Below are positions 24,675 to 36,669 of a stretch of 64,000 nt of DNA, in pieces. Each line of letters starts with the position of its first letter. Within the stretch, counting starts at the first letter, position 1. Source of the DNA: Octopus sinensis (Eukaryota); NCBI RefSeq assembly GCF_006345805.1, contig NC_043001.1, positions 90,458,001 to 90,522,000 on the forward strand. The letters are read 5' to 3'. Below the pieces are notes generated by a model. It made no database searches, was not told where the DNA came from, and saw only the letters and a program-made list of their open reading frames with translations. Made by a program: the position numbers and the translations under genes.

Positions 24675-25550
24675 AAAAGACAAATTTAGAAGGGTCAAAA
24701 GGAATAAGACAAGATTAGGTAAATTTGCTTCTTCACTTTTCCAGAATTACATATGGAAAAAGACTCATGTACAGCAATATCCATCCTTAGACATCAGAAA
24801 GATCAAAAATACTACAAAATTTTTTAATATCTAAGTCAAATGAAAGAACATGGGAAAATGGCGCATGATTTAAAGAAACTCGACTAAACCTAAAACCTCA
24901 ACATAAAATATTCTCTATACCTTCCCCAAAGTTTGCTGGAGTGGCTCTCTTCCTGATATATTTTCTCACCAATAAGTTAAAGAGAGGAAATCACTGAAAT
25001 TAGTCGTTATTCATTTAGTCACAATTTGAACATAAGTTTTTGAAAATTGAAAATCATCAAATTAGACATTAGTGTGGAGAAAATTATTTAGAATCCAACA
25101 GAGAAAATAATTATCCAGATATTTTGTTAACAAACTCAATTAAAATCAGTTCATAGTAGAGAAAAAATTTATTGAAAAAAAAAGTACCTATTACCTGACT
25201 ACGTTTCAAACTCTCATCTTCAACAACAACTATGCTGACCAGTTTTTACTCCAAAAGATGATACAACCATACAAAATGATGATGCGATGTAATGTAATGG
25301 TTTGTAACTGGTTGGGGTAAAATAACGGGTGATCAAATATTTCGCCCCGGTTACCCATTTTGCCCCACACAACTCTTAACATTTTAGTGTAGCCGACAAA
25401 CTCCGTACCACCTCCGACATCACCCCACAAAAGTTGTAAAGTAGAACCCTGAAAGGTAACATAAAACTACCACGCGCATGCAGGTGATGCATTCGGAATA
25501 CACTGAATACCAATGCACAAATCCATTGGTTGAAATAATTTCTTATAATT

Positions 25551-25877
25551 TAGGCGTAGGTATGCCCGTGGGTTTAAACAGCAAGCTTCGCAACCACGTT
25601 AGCAAGAGTCTTCTACTACGAACCCAGACCGACAAAACCCTTGTGAGTGATTTCGGTAGAAAGAAATTGTGCAAAAGCCCATTATATATTAATGTTAGAT
25701 TTTATGTTCAGTCATAATAAAAACAATTTTACATTAATCTGAAGAGTCACTCCAGACTTCTGTAGAGTAGAAATTTATCATTCTTTAACAAGAATAGTAT
25801 TGACAGTGATTCGAAGTTTCGGTCAGATGCTTAGCTGGCCGAAACTTCGAAGTCACTATCAATACTATTCTTATTAA

Positions 25878-25939
<62 letters not shown>

Positions 25940-26150
25940 ACGCATGGTAGTCTCCCCACTCACCGCTTGGTTTGTTTGTGCCCTTGTAACTAAACAGACC
26001 GGTGAAGAAGATCGATAGAATAAGTACCAGATTTTTAAAATTATATAACTACTGGTGTCCATTTGTTCTACTAACGCCCTTGAAAGCGGTGCCTCAGAAA
26101 GGCCGTAGTTCAATGACTGAAGCAAGTAAATGATAAAATATAAAGTATAT
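25551..26150 (+). mobile_element. SINE family A (old), interrupted in its internal microsatellite region
   Basis: 5' half at 25551-25690 and 3' half at 25940-26150 (gatagaataagtacc..gcggtgc..atgactgaagcaagtaaa). The 25785-25877 hairpin lies between them. Confidence 0.7.
25785..25877. repeat. 93-bp near-perfect palindrome (mini-MITE or hairpin)
   Basis: 42/43-nt arms TTAACAAGAATAGTATTGACAGTGA-TTCGAAGTTTCGGTCAG and the reverse complement, with 3 mismatches, 1 indel and an 8-nt loop ATGCTTAG. Confidence 0.9.
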
Positions 26151-27042
26151 TAACGAAAGGATTGAATTCAGAATGTAAAAAGCCGAAACAAATACGAAGT
26201 CTTCTTTCTTTTTGTTTTTGTTTATTTTCCCCGATGTTGTAACGATTCTACCTGTTTCTGATTTGGGCACAAGGCCTGATGATGGGGTAATAGCAGATTA
26301 TATAGATCCCCATTACATGACTGCTACTTTATTCTATCGACTCTGGAGGCATTAAAGGTGAGTTGACCTCTGTGAGACACGAAATTAGAAAATGAAGAGC
26401 CAGATATAATGGCATGAGATGAGTGATAAATGCTTGGGTATTATAGATCAGTACCATTTCCACAAAATGTGGTTCTTACTCTCGTTATCATATATACCAA
26501 ACTAAAAGCCCTGTTGTTTTGGTTTCTGTCCGCTTCGTTATATGGATTCTGGTGTACTTCGATCATTTGGTGACCCCTCAATAAATTTCTATTGCATGAT
26601 ATAATTTATACCTACACATATAGTGAATATGTTGAAGACTGTATTCTTTTCAACTGAATACAGAAAATATTTCCAGCAGACTAAAGGTTGGGTAAAATGC
26701 AATGTCGAAACTACTTGGCAGACTTAAACTCGTTTATTAATAAACGAAATTAATTACTGCTTAGTTCCACCCTTACAGAACTGCTACTATTATCACAATA
26801 ACCTTTTAATAGTTGTAACAATGGTTTGAAAATCTGGTACAAGGCCAGTAATTTAAGGATGTTGGGATTAGTTGTATGATTTATGTTTTATGGTTTAAGT
26901 ATGTATGTTTTCGAAATAACTAAGGATTGAAGTTAAATAAAGTTACATATCCCATATGAGAAGATTAAAGTTCGTTGATTAGTTATCATTAGTCGTGTTC
27001 ATGCAACATCTTACAAGAAGCAAATCATCCATAAATGTTTCC

Positions 27043-27279
27043 TATTTCTTTATTACTCACAAGGGGCTAACACAGAGGGGACAAACAAGAACAGACAAAG
27101 GGATTATGTCGATTATATCGACCCCAGTGCGTAACTTATACTTAATTTATCGACCCCGAAAGGATGAAAGGCAAAGTCGACCTTGGCGGAATTTGAACTC
27201 AGAACAAGTAAAGACAAGACGAAATACTGCTAAGCATTTCGACCGGCTTGCTAACGTTTCTGCCACCTCACCGCCTTAA
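27043..27279 (-). mobile_element. SINE family B with the alternative tail (ccccttgtg..taataaagaaa)
   Basis: Matches 61498-61730 in reverse complement. Confidence 0.9.
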
Positions 27280-27399
27280 ATGTTTCCCCGGCGCAGCATA
27301 GCAAGCGAACTTGCTAACAGTGATTAACTAAGGAAATATATCACTGTGTTTTTATGATTCTGTGTAACACAATTTTTATCCGTACTTTTAAGTATGTAA

Positions 27400-27715
27400 T
27401 GTTGTAACATAATAGGTGCAGTGTCGCCGAAGTGTTCCCTGCACGACCATGGAGTGCTGAGTTTGACCCCACAGCGGACAGATGACGTTTTCTGTAGCTG
27501 TGTAAGTGAAATTGGGTGGATGGAAACTGCACAGAAGCTAGTCTAAGGGATTATATTTGAGACTCAAAGGGTGCAGCCTAGTCCCATGTGTCACGCTGAT
27601 TTTGCCTGAGAATCGCATTAAGCGTACACATAGCTGTGAAATACTCAGCCGCTTACAGGATCAGGTTATTCAGCGAGTCAGGCAGCTGCATCTTTATTGT
27701 TAATGACGGAGATCC
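27400..27715 (+). mobile_element. Old SINE: family A-like head with a different body (family D)
   Basis: gagtttgacccc B-box-like motif and gga(t)ggaaactg. The body tactcagccgcttaca resembles tacccagccacttaca at about 44830. Confidence 0.45.
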
Positions 27716-28657
27716 GCCATTGTAATATTTATAATACGTTTAGCATCGCGCCCAAAGGTTTTAATTGATCATATTGGTTCCAGTTGTGATTTCATTCTAG
27801 TATATTCCTCGAGCTATATCTATCGAACCTCAAATCCTAACTTCTATCACTTTCTGACACAACGCTGCTTAAATCAATAAGTATAAGTACACATACACAC
27901 GCACACACACGCGCGCGCGCACGCGCACACACAAACATATATGCGTATTTCATGGATTCTTCATCTGAGGTTCTTGAGTGAAGATATGCACACAATAACT
28001 TCATGACCCACCCACTACCTGCAGACATTAGGCCTATCCATTCCCATCGACACAAAAACAAGAGGCAAACACATTCAAAGAAACCCAAAACCCCTCCCCC
28101 AAGTCAAAAAAGAGAAGGAAAAAGTGTAGAATTTACATGTTGCTTAGCGACGAACTGTTAAGGCATTCGGTGGAATGGGACATAAAATGTATTGGAACTG
28201 CGGGATATGATAACGTGGGGGAACATCACTTGAGTGTAATACCAGATAAGAAGTAGGACGAAAAAATACAAGAATATATGGTTGGATTTAATTTTGGGGA
28301 GGTAGACTGCGGCTGGAGCTTATTCCCAGACTTTATTACGTACGATAGGTGGTTAGAGGAAACATGTATCGGTGTGTTGGAAGGTTCAGGATTTAAAAGG
28401 TAGAAAATGAGGCCACTCGTAAGGGGGACGAGTGGTTCCATTTCCATTTTATCATATTCATGTCTTCATACATTATGATATTATTCTCTATTTTTTATAT
28501 ATTTTTTATGTCCCACCTCTGTTAGCCAGCATGGGTAATAAAAAAAATCACTTCATGCAAATGCATAAACAGAAATGAAAAACACAATCGTGTTCTATCG
28601 TAACATGCACACCGGCGGATGCAAGTTTATCCACATGCACACACACACACACACACA

Positions 28658-28688
<31 letters not shown>

Positions 28689-29200
28689 TATATGTATGCA
28701 TCAACTAATTTAGGTAACCATAAATTCCCAACAAAAAAAAAGGCATGCAAATTTGTTAGTGATAGGCTTAAACCCTGCCCAGGACAAAACTTAAAATAAG
28801 CCCCCCCCCCCCATCCAATACCACCACCACCACTAAATATACATAAATATGCACATATATCGCGAACTTCTGAGAATTCTGCACATTGCAGTTATGAGAT
28901 ACTGGTCAAAACAACGCCACAACTGAAAAATCTTTCCTTAATGTGCCACTCATTGGAGTTGAACCCTAAACCACAACTTAACTATGCCTACATTGAATGT
29001 ACTATATATGTACACAGTAGAGTTTAGTTGATCAATAAACACGATGGTAGCATTTGGAAAATTTTCCGTTCAACGTAAAATCATCAGACGAAAACCTGGC
29101 TGAAGAAAACAAAAACAGTTTTGCTTTATTCTGGTTTACAACGAAGACAAAGTGAGTAATTAACAAGTAAGGACAGGAATAAATGTGTGCTTAAAGGTGC

Positions 29201-29390
29201 AGACGCACTCGTGAACTGACGCAGAAAGTGAGAGGGGGGGAAGGAAAAGACGTCAGAGTGAGGAAAAGCGGAAAGTACGTTCGTCTTCACACGTGAATTA
29301 AGCCAGTGACGAAAAAACGAGAAACTCCATCAACACATCACTGCTCTGTTATGACTTCACTGTTGTCATGGAAACGGTTTTGACGTCATA
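29201..29390. promoter_or_regulatory. Candidate promoter or enhancer: RFX X-box plus CRE in a CpG-rich patch
   Basis: GTTGTCATGGAAAC at 29362-29375 fits GTHNYYATRRNAAC. TGACGTCA at 29381-29388, GACGTCA at 29249-29255, CACGTG at 29290-29295. I count 12 CpG in 190 bp. Confidence 0.4.
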
Positions 29391-29859
29391 TTCTACATCA
29401 ATCAAACAATTTTGGCTTTCCAGCTTTTCGATATTCTTGCATGGAAAATATATTAAACTAATTACTCTATGGTTTATGTGCGTAAATGCCTATATATGTA
29501 CAGGAATGAATATATGTCTGTGTGCGTATGTATGCATGCATGTATGTACACTATAATACCACAGAATATGGATGTATGAATATATTTATATGTACAGTAA
29601 TGTATGTTTATGCATGTTTATGCATATATTATAAACCTTTATGTTTATATATACGTGTGTGTGTGTGTGTTTATATCTATAATCTGTTCATGTATGCTTA
29701 GGCATATATGTGTACGTACGTATATTATATTGCTGTGTATAGAGAGTATATTCATATAATATACAAATACATTCATATAACATATATACAACATTACATA
29801 TAGTAGACTATATTACACATACCATGCGATATTTATTATATAATATATATTCTATCTTT

Positions 29860-30075
29860 TACCAGTTTCAGATTGCGGTTATGCTAGGGCACTGCCTCGA
29901 AGAATAATTCAATCGAATGAATCGAACACAGTACTTATGTATTTAAGCCTGGTACTTATTCTATCGGTCACAACTAAGTTACGGGGATGTAAACACACCA
30001 ACACCGGCTGCCAAGCAGTGGTGGGGGACAAGCATACACACAATGACTCACACGTATATATATGTGTGTGTGCGT
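29860..30075 (-). mobile_element. SINE family A, 3' half
   Basis: ggtacttattctatcggtc..aagttacggggatgtaaacacacc..gggggacaa. Confidence 0.8.
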
Positions 30076-30292
30076 GTGTGTGTGTATGTATAGAAATTTA
30101 AATAAGATACCAATATTATCAAAGCTAATAATAATAATAATAATAATAGGTAAATTATTCATAAAAATTAGGGCACAAAATTACCTGCTATGCTAGAAAG
30201 GAGAGTCAACTCTCCAAAGCCACATATCCCTCACTATAAATAAACACGCTCAGTTAATGTAGCGAATATAAGAAAAAAATAGTCCTTACTTT

Positions 30293-30466
30293 TGCAAAAG
30301 TACAAGGAATAGTACAGACATGTCATTATCAATTGATTTCACCTTCTGTGCTATAAGAACTTAGGATCATCAGCTGATCTTATTGCGTGTGATCCTAAGT
30401 GCTTATAGCACCAAAAGTGAAAACAATTGTTACTGACATGTCTGCACTTTTCTTTGTACTTTTGCA
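30293..30466. mobile_element. 174-bp foldback element (MITE-like)
   Basis: Arms 30293-30369 and 30390-30466 are ungapped reverse complements at 67/77 positions, around a 20-nt loop. Confidence 0.85.
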
Positions 30467-31384
30467 TCGACCACCCCTCCCACTCTCTCACCACTTCCGC
30501 CTTCTTTAAACCCACGGATTCCCACCTCTATCTCAACTTCTCCTCCTCCCACCCCTTCCACACCAAACGGGCCATCCCTTACTCCCAGTTCCTCCGCCTC
30601 CGACGCTTGTGCAGCCGCGACCAGGATTTCGAGACCCAATCTCAATACCTGGCCCGCCTGTTCAGGCACCGAGGATACCCACCTATACTAGTCTCAAATG
30701 CCCTCGCCCGCGCTCGTCGCATCGACCGCACCACCGCCCTTTCTCCTTCCTTTCACCCCCCCCCCACCACCGCACCCCCATTCCCCTCCTTTTCCACCCC
30801 TCTACTCTACCCCTTCGTCGGAAGATATTACGTGCCTTCCGTCGCCTCCAACTCGATCTCACGACCCGCCCCATTTTCCCCAACCAGCCCCTGTCCTCCT
30901 TCAAACGAGCCCGGAATCTACGCGACCTCCTGGTCCATAGCACCCTCTCTTCTTCCCCCTCAGCCCCACACGGATCATTCCCGTGCTCTAGATCCCGCTG
31001 CAACACCTGCCCCTTCATCACCAACACCACTGCTGTCACCGGCTCCAACCAGCGAACTGTACGTATCAGACATTCTTTTACGTGCACTTCGTCTAGCCTC
31101 ATATACTGTATTAAATGCAACCTCTGTGGAATGCTGTATATAGGACAGACGGGACGCCGTTTGTCAGACCGATTCGCCGAACATCTGAGGGATGTTCGCC
31201 TACGGTCCTTTTCTCCCGTCGCATGTCACTTCCGCTCGGCTAGCCATTCCCCCGGTGACATCTCTGTGTTTGTCTCGCCCCACACAACGGTCTTCCACAA
31301 TCCAGGCTCCACTTGGAGCAACGTTTCATCTTCACTCTACAAACCAATACCCCACACGGACTCAACACAGTCCCCTCCTCTTAG
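30466..31384 (+). pseudogene. Penelope-like retroelement ORF, 5'-truncated: RT thumb, Cys linker and GIY-YIG endonuclease
   Basis: KPTDSHLYLNFSSSHP..AIPYSQFLRLRRLCS..RGYP; PIPLLFHP; FKRARNLRDLLV; CSRSRCNTC; LIYCIKCNLCGMLYIGQTGRRLSDRFAEH; LEQRFIFTLQTNTPHGLN (stop 31382-31384). Two single-base deletions (C10 run at 30756-30765 and about 31274) and no nonsense codons. Confidence 0.92.
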
Positions 31385-31439
31385 AGACTGCGCTCCACCT
31401 CTCTTTCTCCCCACTCTCATTTTTTTAAAATCCTTATAC

Positions 31440-33885
31440 AGAAACACACACACGCATACCCACGTATCCACGAACACGCCCCACATACCTACTTCCAACA
31501 CACCTACCTCCAACACACCACACACATACAACCTACACGCACTTGTACGCACACATACTTCCACACCTATACAAACCCCCACACACACCCACGCGCACAC
31601 ACACATGCCTGTGCACACACACCAACAAAACAATACCCATACAGATACGCACACCTTTATAAACACCCAGTAGAGACACACGCACACATACACGCACGTC
31701 ACGCGCATGTACATTACGCCCACACAACCCCAGAGGAAACCCCACGCACACACGCATACATTCACACACACACACACACATACATACGTACACACACATA
31801 CATACATACATTCACACATTTATTCACACATACATACATACATACAGACACAAACAAACAAACATACAAATACACACACACATGTATACATACACACATA
31901 CATACACACATACATACATACACACACACATACACACATACATACATACATACATACATACATACATACATACATACACACACGCATACATACATACACA
32001 CATACATACACACACACATACGCACATACACATACACACATACACACACACACACACATACGTACATGCATACTTACATACATACATACACACACACACA
32101 CATGCACACATACACGCATGCATACATACATGCATACACACGCACTTGCTTACACGCATGCACACACATACATATATTTGTATCCAGGCGCACGCTATTT
32201 AGTTGAGGGATTGATGGAGTTCGGTTTTTTTGGTGTGGGTGTCCATGGGTCCGCGGGCGCGCGCGCGCGTTGGCGCGTGCCTGATATGCAGCCGGCCCCA
32301 TATGCGTGCGTTGTGTGTGTGTGTGTGTTGTGTGTGTGTGTGTGCATGTGGGTGTGTGCATGTGTGTGTGTGTATACATACACACATACATGCATGCATG
32401 CACGCGCGCACACATACATACCTACATACATACACGCACACACACTTACACACATACACACATACATACATATACACACACACATACACACACATACATA
32501 CATACACAAGACATACATACATACAGACATACACCCATAAACTCACACATACATACATACATACACACACACATACATACATACCCACATACACACGCAC
32601 ACGCATACATACACACACACACGCATACATACATACATTACGCCCACACAACTCCAGAGGAAACCCCACGCGCACACGCATACATTCACACACACACACA
32701 CATACGTACACACACATAAATACATACATTCATACTTTCATTCATACATACATACATACATACATACACACACACAAACATACACATACATACACACACA
32801 TACATACATACACACATACATACACACATACATATATACACACACGCATACACACATACATACACACACATACATACACGCACACATATACGCACATACA
32901 CATATACATACACACATTCATACACACACATACATACGCACATGCCTGCATACATACATATATACACACACACAGATACACACATACACGCATGCACACA
33001 TACATACATATATACACACACACATACACGCATGCACACATACATACATACACACACACATACATACATACATACATACATACATACATACACACACACA
33101 CACTTACACACATACACACATACATTTATACAGACATACACACAGACATACACACATACACACTCACACATACATAATACATACATACACACACACACCT
33201 ACATACACACTCGCATGCATACGCGCACACATGCATGCGCGCGCGCACACACATACATACATGCATGCACGCATGCCTGTGGGGTCTGGCTTTATTTCGG
33301 GCGTACGTCTGGGCGTGTGCGTGTGTGCCTGTAGATTCGCATGCGCCCGCACCGCAAAAGTCTTTTCCATCAATCTTTCGGTTGCGAAGTGTGTCCTTGC
33401 ATGCATATATATACACACACACATACATATACACACACATACATACACACATACATTTATACAGACATACACACATACATACATACATACATTCACTCCC
33501 ACGCACGTACACACACACATTTACATATATATACAATACACGCACACACACATACAAACGTACAAACACACACTAATTTACATACACACCGACACATATA
33601 CATACACACAACATATACCTCCACGCACATGCACACATGGACATACGTACACACATATAAGCACAGACACACACAACTACACGCACATCCATACACACGC
33701 ACACGCACACACATACATACACGCACACAATTATACATACGTATATATATACACACACGCACGTACAAACACACAAGCACACATACAGTAAGTTAAGCAC
33801 AGTTATTCGCCATACACACAAAAAAACGCACACGTACACACACACATGCTACAACAAAACACACACATGATACATATACATGCAC
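31440..33885. repeat. About 2.4 kb (CA)/(CATA)-rich degenerate microsatellite field
   Basis: Directly visible. Contains an internal duplication (31710 and 32634) and two GC-rich unique islands. Confidence 0.92.
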
Positions 33886-34325
33886 ACACACATACCTCCC
33901 TGTTTGACCTGCCTTTCTGACTTGCTAGGGTACCCCCACACCACTCCTTAATTCTACTACTGCCTACTACTAGCCATTGTCCACCATACACACTCACACA
34001 CACACACACACTCACACACACACTTGTCATCTCGCACACCTTTTTTACCATTCCTTCTTTGATATAGCTCTCTTGTTTTTAAAAACATTTTCCTCCATGT
34101 TTACCACTTCCGTCTTTTTAGTATGTGACCTCGTGAATACCACCTGCAATTCTTTTCGTCTGTCCTCCCGTCTCGGGATCTTTCTTTCTCCTATGTTTCC
34201 GACGAAGAGCTCCGCTCAAAACGTCAAACCCTCCTTCTTCCCTTCTTTCCTGAGCGTCCAATAATACTTTATTTGTTCCACATCCTTGCGTTGTTGTCTT
34301 TTTGTTTTCTTGTTTGGATTAACTT
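33885..34325 (+). mobile_element. PLE 3' terminal region with hammerhead-like motif; likely the end of the 30466 element
   Basis: Same strand as the PLE ORF, homologous to 5275-5415, ends at a (TA)n run. Linkage to the ORF is inferred. Confidence 0.6.
34195..34229 (+). ncRNA. Minimal hammerhead-like motif (G12 to A)
   Basis: GTTT-CCGACGA-A-GAGC(tcc)GCTC-AAAA-CGTC-AAAC. Stem I GTTT/AAAC, predicted cleavage after GTC at 34225. Confidence 0.6.
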
Positions 34326-34799
<474 letters not shown>

Positions 34800-34800
<1 letters not shown>

Positions 34801-35612
34801 TGGCAGGCACTAGCGTAACGAAAACAATTGAAATGTTTGGTGTATCAAGAAGTACTGTTTCGAAAGTAATGAAAGCCTTTAAGAGGGAAAAACCTCCTCG
34901 TCGAAACAAAACTCTGGACGAAAACCAAAACTTTCAGATATGGACCGTCGAACTCTAACGCAAATTGCTAGAAAGGGTCACAAAAGTACTGCTCCCAAAA
35001 TTACTACAGAGCTTAATGATCACCGCGAGAACCTAGTTTCCACAAAAACTTTTCGCCGGGAGCTGCAATCAGATTTCATGGGAGGGCTGCAATCAGAAAA
35101 CCACGACTTTCAAAAACAAACGTTGTAAAGCGTTTAGAGTGGAGTAGAAACCTACAGAATTTGTCCCGAGAGCAGTGGAAGAATGTTATTTTCTTGGACG
35201 AGTCATCCTTTATCTTATTTCTGACCACCGGCCGAGAATACGTGTGGAGACAGCCAAAAGAAGCATTTGACCTAGACTGCTTTCTTCCAACTGTTAAACA
35301 CGGAGGAGGATCTGTGATAATCAGGGGTCTATATCCTGGATATTCGCCGGCTCAATGGTTTCCCTCCCTGGCAGAATTAATAGTCAAGACTATTTAAGCA
35401 TTTTATCTGATCAAATTTATCCTATGGTTACGCAATCTTTCAGGATGATAATGCATCAATTCACACAGCTAAAGTTATTACTGAATGACACGAGGAACAA
35501 TCTAATGAAGTTGAACATCTTATCTGGCCACCACAGATCTCAATGTCAATGAACATTTATGGTGCATTTTAGAAAAACAAGTAAGGAGTCGATATCCTCC
35601 ACCGTCATCACT
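34800..35612 (+). mobile_element. Tc1-like transposase remnant (HTH through catalytic domain), same family as 3352-3925
   Basis: [24 protein letters not shown]; RKGHKSTAPKITTELN; WKNVIFLDESSF; TVKHGGGSV; QDDNASIH..LIWPPQ. Multiple frameshifts and a stop. No TIRs seen. Confidence 0.9.
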
Positions 35613-36125
35613 ATGTATATACATATGTATATGTATATACATATATATGTATATACATATGTATATGTATATACATATATATGTATATATATAAAGTAAG
35701 GACATTTTAGAGTCTAATCGATGGTTGATATTTCACCTGTTCCAGATCGTTTTTTTTTTCCAAAGGCTGTATATGCTGTGTGAGCTGTCTTTTCATGTTT
35801 TCGTTTCCATTTAGTATTACATTGTCGTGAAACGCAACCCTACCATACGTTCTATTTCAGAATTATCTAGTGTAATATGATCCTTGCTAGGTAACAAGAC
35901 CTTGTATTTTGCATCATTAATTTTCATTCAGTGTTATTTTTATGTGTCATCTAGCTTTTTAGCGAATTTTTTCAACATTTCTTAAAGGTCGTAGATTACT
36001 AGATCTGTGTCGTCACCCTATGTAATATCCAGAGACAAGTCGTCAGTAAGTGACTGATTTTTATCCAAAGCTTTCAATTTTTTAATAACATTCCAAAATG
36101 TTGAAAAGGGTGGAAGATAGCTGCC

Positions 36126-36218
36126 AGTACTTATTCTATCGGACTCTTTTGCCGAACCGCTAGATTACGGGGACGTAAACACACTAGCATCGGTTGTCAA
36201 GCGATGTTGGGGGGACAA

Positions 36219-36265
<47 letters not shown>
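36126..36265 (-). mobile_element. SINE family A host copy, 3'-side piece (continues at 37994-38212)
   Basis: agtacttattctatcgg..gggggacaaac followed by (CA)/(TA), the point where family A has its internal microsatellite. Confidence 0.75.
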
Positions 36266-36266
<1 letters not shown>

Positions 36267-36267
36267 C

Positions 36268-36658
36268 TTTTCTCTTTTCTCTCTTTTACTTGTTTCAGTC
36301 ATTTGACTGCGGCCATGCTGGAGCACCGCCTTTAATCGAGCAACTCGACCCCGGAACTTATTCTTTTGTAAGCCCAGTACTTATTCTATCGGTCCTTTTA
36401 CCGAACCGCTAAGTAACGGGGACATAAACACACCAGCATCGGTTGTCAAGCAATGCTAGGGGGACAAACACACACATGCATATATATACATATATACGAC
36501 GGGCTTCTTTCAGTTTCCGTCTCCAAAATCCACTCACAAGGCTTTGGTCGGCCCGAGGCTATAGTAGAAGACACTTGCCCAAGGTGCCTCGCAGTGGGAC
36601 TGAACCCGGAACCATGTGGTTGGTAAACAAGCTACTTACCACACAGCCACTCCTGCGC
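36268..36658 (-). mobile_element. SINE family A, full length (nested)
   Basis: Near-consensus relative to 20761-21160 and 46381-46812. Confidence 0.92.
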
Positions 36659-36669
36659 TTTTATATTAT

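Noticed and set aside
28413-28435. 8-bp hairpin CCACTCGT/ACGAGTGG as a Helitron end or terminator
   Set aside because: It is followed by CTAC rather than CTRR on the minus strand and by nothing suitable on the plus strand. Intrinsic terminators are not relevant in this eukaryotic context.
29058-29080. Minus-strand CTGATGA...GAAA
   Set aside because: Five unpaired bases separate the core from a marginal 3-bp stem, so the geometry is wrong.
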